Shown here: positions 14,001 to 27,034 of the stretch, one piece after another
Layout of the letters: each line of letters starts with the position of its first letter
Position numbering within the stretch: position 1 is the stretch's first letter
Source: Blasia pusilla
Taxonomy: Eukaryota
Direction: 5' to 3'
Assembly (NCBI GenBank): GCA_050084515.1
Contig: CM114271.1
Location: forward strand, 16,306,001 to 16,370,000
Length of the DNA: 64,000 bases
Program-made: the position numbers and the translations under genes
Notes under the pieces: generated by a model
Seen by the model: the letters and a program-made list of their open reading frames with translations, nothing else
Told to the model about the DNA's origin: nothing
Database searches by the model: none

Positions 14001-17000
14001 TCAGCCTTCCAAGTTTCCACAAATTACTTAGCAGTTTTGAAGTCACATCATTTATCTATTTCACTGCTGACAGATGTTGTATCCCTCAGTAAGAAAAAAG
14101 TTGTCAGCATGAAGGTGTTGGACCAACCATCTATTGCTTCTCGCCAATGATGAAGGCCATCCTCAGGAGATTTTGTATTGTATTCAGAGATAAGAAATCA
14201 TCAGCAACTCTTCTGACGTTTTGTATACAATGCTAGTGATTCTCACTACCATTGACGTTAAAGATATCAAGGATCACCCTGGCCACACAACTGGTATCTC
14301 TGTAGTGCTGCTACCAATGTTTCAGTTAAGACAGGTTCATGCATAGGAGAACAAGTGTTCTGATCAGGGTATGCACAAATACCTTAAGTGAGTACATGTG
14401 CTTCCCGCACATTTGGTAACATGAACAACTGAAGCAACAGCCAACCCTACAAGAAGACCAACGACTACCTGCAAGCAACAGGATACAGTAAAACTTGGAG
14501 TCATTTTGATTCTTTAGTTCATCTCGAGCATCTTACACCGTGAAAGAGATGGATCTCAGAAAACTACTTAAACCCATGAACGGCCAAAGAAAATTGTACG
14601 AGCAGTGAGCTCAAATGACACAAAAAATTTGCAACAGACATGTCCACACTCAAATACATAATGTCTCATTTCTCCTATAGGGTAGATTCTGAGGCGCTGA
14701 GGCCACTATCCATCAGAAATTCAGGGAAATCACCCTTGTGGTGACAAACTACAGGGCTGCATGCATTCCTCTGCAAGGGTGTTGAGTGGATACACGTGCC
14801 TGAGTATTGCGAAGGAACGGAGAACCAAAAAGCTCTACCATGACAAGTGTAGAGAAGACAACAAGACCAAGCCCCAGGTAGTACTTATGTCCAAACGGAA
14901 GTACCACTTCTCCATTACCATCACAACTGACCTTTGAGGTAAGAACCTGGATTCACAGCATGGAAAGGAGTTAGGGACAGCTCTCACACATAAGGCTGCC
15001 AAGCTATTTTTTGGCAGAATTAGTTTCCTAGGAGGCTTCAAAAGGTTCATCATCATGGGATCCCTGAATTTTAGGTTCCACAAGTCTGTCCTCTAACATT
15101 GATTGTTGAAAGTAACATATAATGCACTCTACTTGTAGACCAGAAAAGTGAATCGTGCGCCATCAATTCGCGTAAGACAGTGAGTTGAAAAACTTTTTGT
15201 GGAATTAAGCTATTGTAGAGATTCAGTGACGACTCTAACCAGCACATAGAGCTTCTCGGATGTCCAAACATCAAATTTAATGAGTGAACAATAGCGACAC
15301 TCTGCAAATACTTCTTATGGAGACACTAGTGACAAACCAGGAATGTTGGGATGCATGCATGGAAGAAGTTCGAGAAGAGTTTAGTGTAGAAACAAACCTG
15401 ACTTGCACAGAATGAACCACCACCCCACTGTGAGAATCCAGAACCAATCAAGGACACACCAATGAGAATTATAACTGAACCAGTCACAACTGGAGGAAAT
15501 ATCTTTTGCAGATATTTTGAGGGGCATAGTGACAGCACAACCTGGAACCCAGAGCACACCATCATCTGTAGCAAATTAAACATTCATATTAGCGTTCAGA
15601 GGATGCAAAAGACTACAACTAGAAATCATTTTACTGGCGGGGAAAATCTAGCTCAAATATATCTGGTATGCAGGTTTGGCTCAAAGCTAGAAGACATACA
15701 AGCAGAAAACCATAATTGGTTTAAACCAAAAGACAATTCCTAAATCTCTTGATGTCAGATAAATGGAAGAAAGCAAAAGACCCTAAAACAGAGTATGTCC
15801 AACATAGGCAGTATCATACTGTGCCAAGTATGTGTCCGTAAGCTGCTTGTCCTGTGTAGCAACTGCCTGAAAGAGATCCCAGGCAAGATTCGCATGTTCC
15901 TTCTAAATCACATGGAACTCCATCACATGCGCAGCTTCGCAGTGTTGCAATTGAGTAGAGAGCTGTTCGGCAAGAGTTAAGGGAAGATCAGCAGGTGGTT
16001 TGCAGACCTAAAATCAAGGTTCACATTCTGCCAGCGCTGAGAAATGCTATATGAAAAGGGTGAGCAAGAAAGAGGGATGATGCAGTCGAGCCATGAGACA
16101 ATGGTAGAAGCCCTTTAATGCAAACATGGATGGAGCCTCAAACTTACTCACGGGTAAAAAGGAAAAGGTTGTGCCCATCACTGATAGCATTCCTGATCCT
16201 ACATCCAACATAGAATCAATCCATGATGTAAATTTTTCAACTACGTTGAACTGATGGATGTTTTTCACACGGTGTTAGACCAAGCACTTTTAACAGAAGA
16301 GAGACTGATCTATTTGGAACCTTTGAGACGTTACTGTGAGATAGATGCTTACCAATCACATATCGAGTATAGGGTATTCTGATCTGCGTCACCTGAATGA
16401 ACGAAGCAAATCCTGATATGATCAACGCAGCCGACACCAAATCTGAGCGGATCCAACACTCACCACTGAATATTACCCACATTAAGCTAAAAACGATTTT
16501 AATAAAAAAAGTTCTCGGCGATGGAGAAAAATTCACTGCAGTGCAAACCTCTTCTATCACTGCATTTTCTTATTTAATCTGGATTCTGTCTTCATTTGTT
16601 CACGTCTACTCCTAACTTCAAAGTACGGTTGATGGTGCGCTTTCCGGTCATTCTTTTGGAGTACACGCATAAACCATCCAAAATGGCGCGAAAGCAAGTC
16701 TCTGAGTTGTCTCAAGTCGCCAGTTACGAACTCTCAGGAAAGAGCTGGTATGGAAGTAGCTTACATTGTTGTTCGCTGGGCGTGAAATTCCCGTTAGCTG
16801 GACTTGAAATAATTAGTGGTGCTGTGATAATGCCTCCGACCTGATGGACGTCAAATTTCATTCAGTAGTGGCCCTCAGTAAGTAGTTTTGTAAATCTCGT
16901 ACCTAGATATTGCCATGGTTCTTGCCTAAACCGCCAATTCACTTGTCGATCGCAACTTCTTATGGAGGCCGAGGCGGTTCAGGCATGGTGCTGGATGTTG

Positions 17001-17600
17001 GATGAGTGAGTAGGAACGACTCTCTCCAACTTCTAACCTCATTGGTACTGGATGTTGGATGAGTGAGAGATGCCACTTTCCAACTTCCGAACTCATCTAC
17101 ATTGAGTGAGATTTTTCCCATGACTGATTACCATGAGGAACTACTGCCCCTAGAGACAAGGTCGGGGCAACTAAAGCGCAAAGAGAGAGAGAGAGAGAGA
17201 GAGCGAACGCATCTAGAATCAATTCCTAAACACCTCCAAGCAAGCAGATGCTCATAAATAGCATACAACCCATGGCACAAGTAAACTCAACTACCGCCCC
17301 ATAACAAGCTGCGGATCCTAGAGGCTTTACCATAGCCAGCGCATGCTGTAGACCCATGACGAGCGCCAGGAGAATGGGGATCTTTTCATCTTTTCCATAA
17401 AACGGTGCCTGCCTTCTATTGCCACTCCAGGGAAACGACGGAGTGCACAGGACCTTCCAATCGTACTCCCCCAACAGCACCGTCCTCCACCTCTCGGTGA
17501 ACGGGCGATCGGCCCCTCTGCTATGACCTACACCTCCATCTTCACGACCCTCCCACAGTCTGTGGTACGAGAAAGCAGAGCAGTCCTCTCCTTCCTCCAT
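5073..17600 (-). CDS. NCS2/NAT family xanthine/uric acid permease (UapA/UapC-like), 11 exons, about 592 aa
   Basis: Hand-spliced exons on the minus strand: 17331-17600, 16765-16840, 16353-16442, 16148-16198, 15820-15962, 15398-15565, 14800-14946, 14383-14468, 5956-6137, 5311-5775, 5073-5173. Total 1779 nt, open frame, consistent phases, GT-AG introns except one probable GC-AG. Motifs: GLQHALAMVGG (TM1), GSGMLSVMGTTFSF, FPPVVTG, MEAIGD, ADG, NAT signature AQNNGVISLSGCASR, LGAMTTFLF, LNLLLP. Confidence 0.9.
6238..6628 (+). repeat. About 390-bp diverged direct repeat, copy 1 (near the 3' end of intron 8)
   Basis: Colinear with 13683-14065: shared TCCAGGCTTAC, AGGGAACCATCTGACACC, GAGTCACCAGGTTAC, GCCACAAGCTTGT, TACAGTAGGCTATT, ATAGTCTGGGGCTC, AAGTTTCCACAAA. 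Confidence 0.85.
7700..10770 (+). mobile_element. RTE/RTEX-like LINE remnant with internal RT deletion, antisense within intron 8
   Basis: APE remnants (ILLVGDFNRRT; VDYWIG). RT start IHPLFKAGDP...SLMAKLYGLLLERKL and RT end KTKII...YIYLGV. C-terminal LVRFRCGSTDLEIEKG...LCRFCNSG. AATAAA at 10740 followed by an (ATTC)n-like tail at 10749-10770. The 5' boundary is approximate. Confidence 0.8.
10952..11637 (-). mobile_element. Solo LTR with 5-bp TSD TTTCC and an internal 89-bp tandem duplication
   Basis: Minus strand begins TGTTGTAAAAC. TTTCC flanks both sides (10947-10951, 11638-11642). It is the reverse complement of 12663-13246. The unit CAAGCACACTTAGTGCAATAGC...CTTGCATTCT is repeated at about 10988, 11077 and (partially) 11166. 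Confidence 0.8.
12068..12141. repeat. Perfect 74-bp palindrome with no spacer
   Basis: GAATAGGCTATGGAATGGTATATGCTACGGTCACTGG|CCAGTGACCGTAGCATATACCATTCCATAGCCTATTC. Confidence 0.97.
12400..13500 (+). pseudogene. Ty1/Copia GAG-pre-integrase/integrase fragment split by a solo LTR
   Basis: Before the LTR: FCTSCAKA...LDLIHNDVAGRMKKTTIGNCSYF. After it: FKIMVEGEIGPKICFLRTDGGGKYTDSSFQAFL...QSGTAE (Copia integrase RTDxGGEY and QNGxAE-like motifs). Confidence 0.75.
12663..13246 (+). mobile_element. Solo LTR of the same family as 10952-11637, opposite orientation
   Basis: TGTTGTAAAACATAG...CTCTGATATTCTAAAA. Contains a telobox AAACCCTAA and TATA-like TATATAA. No clear TSD. Confidence 0.75.
13683..14065 (+). 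repeat. About 390-bp diverged direct repeat, copy 2 (near the 5' end of intron 8)
   Basis: Colinear with 6238-6628. Confidence 0.85.
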
Positions 17601-17854
17601 ATCACAAAATGCAGCTGTCCTCTCGAGTCCTCAGCCTCAGAACATCAGCAATCGTCGATGGTTGACGCCATCACATTACAACACTGAAGAACCTCGACTT
17701 CAAAAGCCGGACCTCTTTGTGGGCCCACAAAGATCTCTTGCTTTGGAAGTTGAGCCGCAATTTCACTATTACAGACAGGTTACTGCACTGATCCGTCCAG
17801 CCCTGGATGAATTCAGCCACGCAATCGCATCGCTCCCACCACACGGAATCCACA

Positions 17855-18003
17855 GCATCTGCTCTCCCATCTGCTGACAATGTGAGCATCTGCGCTCCCA
17901 TCTACTGACAATTCGAGCAGCTGCTCTCCCATCTCCTGACAAATGTGAGCATCTACACTCCAATCTGCTGACAGTGTGGGCATCTGCAATCCCGTCAGCT
18001 GAA
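17855..18003. repeat. About 31-bp minisatellite, about 5 units, upstream of the permease start codon
   Basis: The unit GCATCTGCTCTCCCATCTGCTGACAATGTGA is repeated with substitutions. Confidence 0.85.
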
Positions 18004-21000
18004 ACGGATGCCGGGGTGCTGCATCTCAGAGTGAACTTGGAACGGGGAGCAGCCACAATCGCTCGGGAGCCCCATTCATTGCTCTCGAGCTTCAGGCTGC
18101 ACCGATCGCTCCAAATTGGAGATGGTCATGTGACTTCATATGCACGTGACAAATTCGTCTACTTCTTTGGGTTGAACATGAGCTCGATGGCCACAAGTTT
18201 GGAAGATTTGAGGAGAGTGTCTTGAGGGGATTGAGAAAAATGTCATTTTCGTGTGTAGAGGAAGAAATTGTATTATGACACTACTAGGGATGGAAGGGTC
18301 TTCGCGAGCCTCACACTAATCTCCAATATGTGAGTTCATTGTGAGTATGCGTAGCCATTTTCAATTTGACCTCTCACACTAGCGCCTCCCCTCGGACCAC
18401 TTGCGCCTCATTTTCGAAGTTTCACTCGATCATTCTACAACAATTTTCTCTTGTTTTCCCGTTTGGGCATGGGTTAAGAGGACGGGGGGTGAGGGGAGGA
18501 GGCCTTTTGACAACATGCCTTTGTAAGCACTAGTACTTTGTCACAGCTAGGGAAACACTTCCGTTACATCATTAAATCTATTACCTTAGCTCTTCTTGTT
18601 AGCTCTTATGTTAAATGGTACACATGTCAATATGGGAGGAGTGCAAAAATCATACGTGTGGATACCTCAAACCCCATCCTCTTTTACTAATATAGATTTA
18701 TGACCTTATAATACCCTAGGCTTGTAGCCTTAGTTAGTTAACATCTTTCTTTGAAGGATTACTTGACTATGTGGGTGCTTTCTTGCAATTTATGAGGTAT
18801 GAAGAATATATGACTCCTATGGTCATGGATGATGTACAACGGGGAAAAAAGACTCAAGAGGAGGTTTTGGCCGACCAAGATCTCTTAGCAACCATGGTAT
18901 GTTCCTCAAACTCTAAGTAAGATCTAATGTTTTCTTCCATTTAGTCATTTCCACAAGAGATACTAACTTCATCTTGTGTGTACGTTGCAGCATGACATAC
19001 CGCATCCCGTGGACCTAGGATTTAAGAGGAGGAGTGACGGGTATCTGTGCCAATATCGACCGGCACGGAGGGACGTACCCCATGCCCCCTTCGTTTAGGA
19101 TAGAGAAGGAGATGGCCATGCGATGGATCTCTCTAATTGCGAAGATAAGAAGAGGGGGGGAGGATGTGACAGACGAGGAGATAAGCCTTACAAAATTTCT
19201 AGCCGCTCTAAGGCAGAGTAGGAAATCCTCATCGAATAGTGGTCCCCATGGACACACATGGCCCATTTGTAGTAGGCCTTGCCGTACGCGATTGGGCGAC
19301 ACCAACCCTATTGGGGCAACCATTAAAAGTGGATTGACAAGGTCTAAGATGATGCCCACTTGGATGTCTCTAGGCAGTGGACCTTCTATAGTTCCAATGT
19401 AGCCCCGTATGGAAGGCATATTGGATCCAAGCCAACAATGACACTACACAAAAAAATGTGTGGAAATTGCGTCAATGGCACCACACCAAAAAATTTGCAC
19501 TTATTTTGGCTATAAGTAAAGGTTACATCTTTCTTGCATCATCTGGCTCGTTGATTGAAATGTAGCTTGAATTAAATGGAAGTATTTTTGCACGCATGAA
19601 ATCGATTCCAAATTCTGAAAAGAAAAATTTGCAAGCCTTGATTTGGTTACATATGGAGCTCCAAATAGCATGTTGCCCATTATTCAAACATAACTTCGCA
19701 TGGATAAAGTATTCATATAACTCCTCCAAATTACCTAGGAGTTTTTCCTGATTGAGATGTGAGTATTTAACCTCTTGCCATTTATATAGGAAATCCTTAA
19801 TGAGCGATACTTGAAACTAAACCTATAGTATAGCTAGTGAAGCGTATGTATTATTGGCCAAAATGATAGCAAGGAGTTCTCCAAGTGAATGACTTGTAGA
19901 GATCCTTGAAGTTTCTTACAAGAAAAAATTTACTTCCCTATCATCCCTAGAAGCCCTAATTGAATCATTGCCTTTTCAAAGGTGGAGTGAAAAGAGACAT
20001 GAATACTTATAATATCTTCAAATGTGGTGGCACTTTCAACATGATGGAGAAGAAATCACAAACCAATGATGTTCTCCTTACCGATAAAAAAAAAAGGACA
20101 AATGAATAGATTTTGAAAAAAAAAAGATTTCAATATCAAAAATATATGTATGATGTATACGTATGAATGAGATGAAGATATACACCTCGACTGTATTTCC
20201 CTCTATATTGTGCAAAAATTCATAATTTTGTAAGGTAAAATCAACAAATGTTGGTATAGAGAGTGACATGCTTGCCTTTGAATTGGGTCCTCTCCTTCAT
20301 TCCATAATTACAAACTTTGATTCATACATCACATAAGTCAATCTAATCGATTAGGTTCACATATCACTAACTCAAAAGTAGCATCACTCATTTCTTCATA
20401 CTCATAATGTCTCATAATAACTTTCTATATAAGCGAGTACTTTATCTCTACTTGCTATCATCATTTTTATCCAACCTTCCAATGCAACCATGATCATTTG
20501 GTGGCATTTTTCCATATCCTCCTCTTAAGTTTTGACCAAGATAAGATGCTCATGTGATATATGTCTCTTCGCCAAAATGCAATCAAGATACAATGATGGA
20601 CTACTTTCAAGTGCTATGTGTACTTGGCTCAGTTGGCTCATAGTAATCTAGAAATCCAACCGCAAAAAGTAGTACCCTAAACTCTATGACTCTAAATTGT
20701 GATGTTGCAGCTTATGTCGATTACGTGCATTTCTTTGGAGCTATATGTTAGAATGGGATCTCCCAAGTTCTAAATGGAGTGAGCGTGATCATAGGATCAG
20801 GATCTTGAAGAGTTGTTAGTGGACTTTCAAGAACTCCTCCAAGGCATTTTTTGAAATGCTCGTTCATGGATAAATTAAGAGTATAGACTATTTTTTACTT
20901 AAAAATCAATGAGTGGAAGGAAAGATTCAGATCTTTTACCCTCAGGTAAAAGATCTAAATTTCTAGAGCTAGAAATGAGAGATATGAAAAAATATGGATC

Positions 21001-21989
21001 TCTCATAAATCCAAAAGTAGTTGTGATATTTGCTCATGAACATGCAAGCTCAACGTCATATACCACATGAAACTTAGTAGTCAAAGTGTTTGTAGTACAC
21101 AAGAAGTGGCAACAATTGAAAGCAATGGCAGGAAATATTCAACACAATGCCTACAACACAAAAATTGAATGCGATATTCCCTGCCATACACTTTCTCAAG
21201 TACATACGTGAATGCTTTAATTTTTTAATGTAACCATAAGTTATTTAGGAATTGAATATATATACCCCAATATTATATGAGCTCTAAGTTCCTTACATAG
21301 TTTCGAGTCTCTAACATAAATTTAAATTTTCATTCTCCGACCTCCCCCCTCTTAAATGAGAGGATTTTCAGATAATATTTACAATTTGGTCTTTTAGGTA
21401 TACCTTGGTTTGGTATTGTAGATAGATAGATATATTGATAAAAAAAAATATAACATTAGTCGTACCAAATCATGGAATTTAACCTATTTTAAACTAGATC
21501 ATGTCGATTGAAAAGTGATTAAAAAATTAAGAATTTAAATTTTTAGGAGTAAAATTAAATTGTTGAACTTAAATTTCAATTTCTTATGTCAATTGATGGA
21601 GTAAAAACTATGATGATGGAAATCAAACCTAAAAATCTTTCATAATGGAACATTGGATAAGATAGTTTGTAAAAAAAAGGACAAATAAATTTGCATAAAA
21701 ATTTTCCAAAACAACAAAATGACCAAAACACTTCTTGTTATTTCTCATTAATTGCAAACTTCAGTATTTTAATTATTAAGAATTATATGGTTCATTCCCC
21801 AAGATGATCACTCTTCTCCCTTAAAAGATGAAGCTATCAATAAAGTTAATCAAATCAAGAATTCTCTCCTCGTTCATTTCAACCTCATCTCTCTCTCTCT
21901 CTCTCTCTCTCTAAAGTAACATATGAATTTCCTAGATGAGGTGTCTTCTCAAATGAAAGAAGAGTAATATCTCCACGAAATGAAATTAT

Positions 21990-22900
21990 GATATACAAGA
22001 AAGTACCTCAAGGAGATCACAGCGTGTTAATGACTCTTCCTACTATCATAATTCAATATGTCTTGGCAGGTTACTCTCTATCTAATAGATTTCAAACATC
22101 ATACACACTAAACATTCCTTCTTTCTCAGGAATCCATCTTTGTGTATTGCTCACATTGTGCAGACTCAATAAGATACGGATTGGCACCCTCATACTTCAG
22201 AATAGAGAAATGGTATTCTCTCAATGTCATCAAAGACATAGGGGCTCTAATGTTGTACAAGATTAAGAAGGTACCTTCTCCTAAGCTATGACCATTCCTG
22301 CAATATAACTATACTCTCACTCGAATGATGGTTCTTCCTTCTTTTAGTCTCCTTAAGTAGTATTTTCCACAAAATCCTTTCTTGAGATGTGAAGCGGCGC
22401 TTAGTTAGATGGTTCTTAAAAGCTTACTAATCATTCTAATCAATTGTCAATCTTGATTTTCTGATGATCTTGATTTTCTGATGTTTATCTAACCGATATA
22501 TTCATTCTCAGTGTTGTACCCCTTTTGATCTTCTTCCACAATCCTTGTATCTTTTCTTTTCCTCACTACCTCTAATTGTACAATCTTTGGACCCCCTTAT
22601 AGTCTTCGTCACGAAGAAGTTTCAGTCTTCACGAAGAGTATCTCTTCTTCTCATTTGGTCTTCTGCGAAGAGTCTTTGTTAACAAGACTTCACTATGAAG
22701 ATAAATTGTCTTCGCCTTCGTACTCTTATTCCTATGTCTTCACCTCCAAAGTCTTCTTAAATCTTCTTCTTCTTTTCTTTTATTCTAAAGTCTTCTTCTT
22801 ACTTACGAAGTTCATACAAATAAATTTTCAAATTCCTCAAAGACAATTCCTTGGTCTTGCGAAACTCTTCGTCTTCTCGTTGAAGTTCAATTCACCTTAC
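21990..22900 (-). mobile_element. Highly degenerate LTR related to the LTR of element Z (52671-53900)
   Basis: 22228-22310 (TTGTACAAGATTAAGAAGGTACC...GACCATTCCTGCAATATAA) matches the reverse complement of 53345-53430. The CTTCG-rich tract mirrors Z's CGAAG-rich tract. Boundaries are approximate. Confidence 0.5.
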
Positions 22901-25899
22901 ATATCTCTAATCTTCTAATCCACTTCCTCTTTGTTAATACATAAACTTTCCAACAAAACTTCCTCTTTGCTCCTCCTTTGCGTAGACAATTACCCCAAAT
23001 TAAGTCAAAAATCCTACTTCTTAAAAAACTTTCAAGAAAAGCAATTATCACATTTCTACGTTTTTTAGCAAATACATCAAAAACACTTCCATGATAAAAA
23101 AAAAAGATGGAAATTTTTTGTATCAGAAATACATAGAAAAAGAAAAAAATTTTGGAAAATAATTGTAATAATGGAAACGCTTTTGGAGATTTTAAATAAA
23201 AAATTGGGATAATTTTCCAAAACACAAGAACTTAGAGATGGAAAATGGGGAAACACACCAAAATATATTTAAAAATTATCTGTCTTACTATAAATATTTT
23301 CCAAGAAATATTTTATCAGATGAAGACTAAGAAAATATGAAGCCCTTATAAATGGAATGAGAAAATGAAGTTAAACATATATAATCCTATTTTCTGAGTT
23401 TTTATATATTTGAAGATAGAAGAAAATTTCCAAAATGGAATTCTATATTTGAACACTTTATGGTTTATTCAAATATTTGGGGATGGAATCTTAAAATATT
23501 TGAAAATTAGACTCAAAAGATAAATGAAAAAAATAAATAAATATTGCAAACGTATGAATATGAATATAGAATCAATATGGAGACTTTAATATATACAAAA
23601 AGTCGGATAAGGTTTTATATATATTAATATTCTTGTGTTGATAGGATTGGGAGGGTTGATGTATGATCTTTAATCCGGTTCATTTTAAATGGTCAAATAC
23701 ATGTGCCTATTGAAAATAAATCATTGTATGCCTTTGACCTTTGAAAGTGAATATGAAAATAAAGTTGGAGGATGTTCCTAGTTCAAAGATACTAGTTAGC
23801 ATTATCGTGCTTGCGCACGAAATTTATTTTTTTAATAACTTAGAAATATTTTTCATTTCAAAATCTAAACATAATTTCCAATTTATTAAATCTCAAAATA
23901 TTAATAAAATTTCACTTTTTAAAGTAATTCTATTCCTAAATTAAAATTTAAATAATACCCAATCCCTTAAATAATTCCACCCTTCCATGAAGTTTAAACA
24001 ATACCTACTTCCCCCCCCTCTATTCCTTCCATAAAAATAACACTCATTAATTAAAACAGTAACTAATAATTAATCTTAACTAATAAAATCATTCTCCTCT
24101 TCCATTCCAATTCAATTCCCCTCCTATCGATTGTGAATAAAGAGATAAAATTACAATTTTCCCCTATTTTGTCTTATTTTCCCACTGTTTTATCTTATTA
24201 TACATATAGGGTCTCTAATTATAATATTAATTAATTAAAATAATGAATAATCACTCTGAATTAGTAAATTAATTTTTCATTTTTTCTCAAATATATTTTC
24301 TCTTCCCATCAAATATGAATTTAGGGATAAAATCAAAAAATAATTTGTTTTTATTCACTTCCAAGGATCAAAGCCACATGCATTTGAACCTTGGAAATTT
24401 CTTTTATGAAACATAGTTAGCATCTTTTTCAATCAAAGTAAGGGATCATATATAGAAAAATATATAGAATCATCATGCTGTGTGGACGAACATGGATAAA
24501 ATATTTAAGACATTATTTTGTCATGTTTTCTTCTTTCATTATCAACTTCTTAACTTGATGTCTTTCAACATGGATTTGAATCAATATATCTTTGATTCAA
24601 GTATCATAAAATAACAAACCCCATTTATATATCACAAAGAGAAGTCTTATCATATCACCTCAACATAAGCCCCACATAAACTAGTTTCAATATACCAAAA
24701 GTAATATCACACCTAATAACATGGTTAAGTAGGTCTATTAAGACAATTAAATTGGTAGGCTCTAATACGAGGTCCGAAGGAATGGAGAGGATAAAAGAGT
24801 ACTCAAAATGCAATGAAGATATTGGATATGAATCTTGAGTGATGAATACTAGTTAATTATCGATGGAAATTTTAGATAACATGAGCTAAGAAGATATGGA
24901 AGTTGATTTATGATTATGAATATGTCAATGTAGTGCATCTTTTAGATGATCATGTAAGTAACTCTAAGCTTAGAACTTTAAGATGTTTGTGGTGTAGACA
25001 TAGAAAGGTCCGACATACTTTATGTCTTGTCTTGTTAGTGATGATGGATTTGTGGTTGTATATTATAGGTTGTTCCAATAGTAAAGAGTCAAAGAGCTCC
25101 CCTTCTTTGCATCTTGCCTATTTTAGGATTTAATTTGTAACCTAATCAAAACTTAATATATGTGAATGAAGCTCATCCCAAGTTTAAAGGTATATTTCAC
25201 TTAATGCTCGCTAGTAAGAGAATTTCCCCTATGCACCATTTGAAAAATTAAATCCAACGTAAAAAAATTCTTCTTCAAATTGGACATGTATAATCACAAG
25301 AGTATAAAATAATCTTTATCAAATCTGACATGTTTCATCACGAAAGGGTATGATTGACACAACGTGTCAACCATATGGGTGTCGCCATGGAAAGTAATCC
25401 TCACTTAATAATATAGATGATACGGAGGCCTAGGATGGGTTTTTTGAATTATTATTTATGTTTTTGATTTTTTGGATTGTGTATAAAAGTTTTATGTTGT
25501 ACTATGACCTCATCCTCTCATGTCATTCATTGGAGGATGGCTTTCACTCTCTTCCCACAACTTCTTTTATGGTTTTTCCAATTCCCTTCATTACTTTCTC
25601 CTCGAGTGTTAGATTTGGATGTGCTTAGTCTTATTTTGATTATCTTAGCAAGTTGGTTCATACCAAATGGATTTCCTAGTTTTGATTCATTCTTTGTTGT
25701 CAACTATCTTGTGTAAGGATTTTTAATATCAATTCCTCTCACAAATCTTTATTTAGTTTTTCAATATTTTACCTTAATATTTCTGCTTGCTTACATTTGC
25801 TATCTCCTTAAGGGACTTATAGATTCATATTCTTGAGTTGCCTCTATTAATATGATGTAGGTTTTTTCTTCATTTTTATTTTTATTCTTCTTGAGTGGG

Positions 25900-27034
25900 T
25901 TTTAATCATAATTTTGCCTTTGTCTAGTTGTTATTCTCTCCATGTAAATTTGTGCTCGATGGATTCTACTCCTCTTATTATGGCTCCTAATACTTTCACT
26001 TTATTACAAATTATTATGTTCCCACTTATTTTCTGGTTTTATTGCCTTTATGGTTGGATAATCCATCTCCTCGCTCATTTCTTTTTATATACCTAACTTG
26101 AACTGTAATCTCTTTCCTCCTCAATATAGATCTTACCATTTTCCTACAAATATTGGCGCATCCATGACACTTTTTATATTTCTACCCTATACTTTTTTTA
26201 TCCCCTCTATATCTCTTCCCATGCCACCCATCACAATCTTGATCAATTACTACCGAATCCTATTATTTTGCCATTCCCACATATCTTGTTTGAACCTCCT
26301 TGCTTAAGTCTCCCATCTTTTTCAATCGTTATCCCTTCTCTTCCTCCCTCCCTAACTTACTCATCCCCATATCATTTTCCATCATTACCTCCCATCTCTT
26401 CTCCTTGTAGAACTCCTTCTTCTATATATGTGACTAAAGGTTTGTTGGATACCTTGTGGTAAAGAGTTTGCTTCTAAACAGATAAAAGAAACACATGAAC
26501 CTTATTGTAGATCCATACAAGGGCCTTCATTCCCTAACTTGATATCCCCTCCCATGATTGGCACATTTAGTGGGAAGAGTCGTTGCTAAGGTCTCTAGTC
26601 AAGGTAAAAATACTGATTTTGAATTTTTTTCCAATCTCCGTGCATAAAGTGCTAAATACATGAGGTGGTTTCCCAATGACCCATTGAATTCTACCCTTGG
26701 GCAGAACTAAAACTCACTAGGGAAAGAATAATAGGAGAGTCTGAGCATTCTTATTCTTAGGATTGTGTGCTAACCTTTCTAATGGGAGCAACAATGCTCA
26801 TTGAATGATGAGATGACGAGTAGTAGGAATAATTGTGTAGAGTCTGGGACAAGGGAGATCAAGATGGAAAGAGCGATCATGCCAATCATGGGAGGCCTTT
26901 AATAAAAAAATACTTTCGCCATAGCCTACTTTTGAGGCAAGTTTGTGAGTTTTCAAGAGTGGCTCAAGAAATTGGGACCTTTCTTTTAGGAAGTTCCAAA
27001 TTTGGACATAGTGGCATTGGAAGATCTTGAACCT
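25900..27034 (+). mobile_element. Second, older copy of the CRE-like non-LTR element, with an internal inversion; truncated by element X
   Basis: INYYRILLFCHSHIS at about 26245 versus IHYYRILLLCHPHIS in copy 1; HANHGRP...SLLL.QV.EFSR at 26878-26960. Segment 26551-26877 matches 822-1143 in the opposite orientation to its flanks. Confidence 0.75.

Noticed and set aside
18560-18700. Helitron-like 5' ends (minus-strand ATCTATAT..., also near 3045 and 25420)
   Set aside because: No convincing paired hairpin-CTAG 3' end was found.
19500-20060. Possible L1-type RT remnant on the minus strand
   Set aside because: Too degenerate to support by eye.
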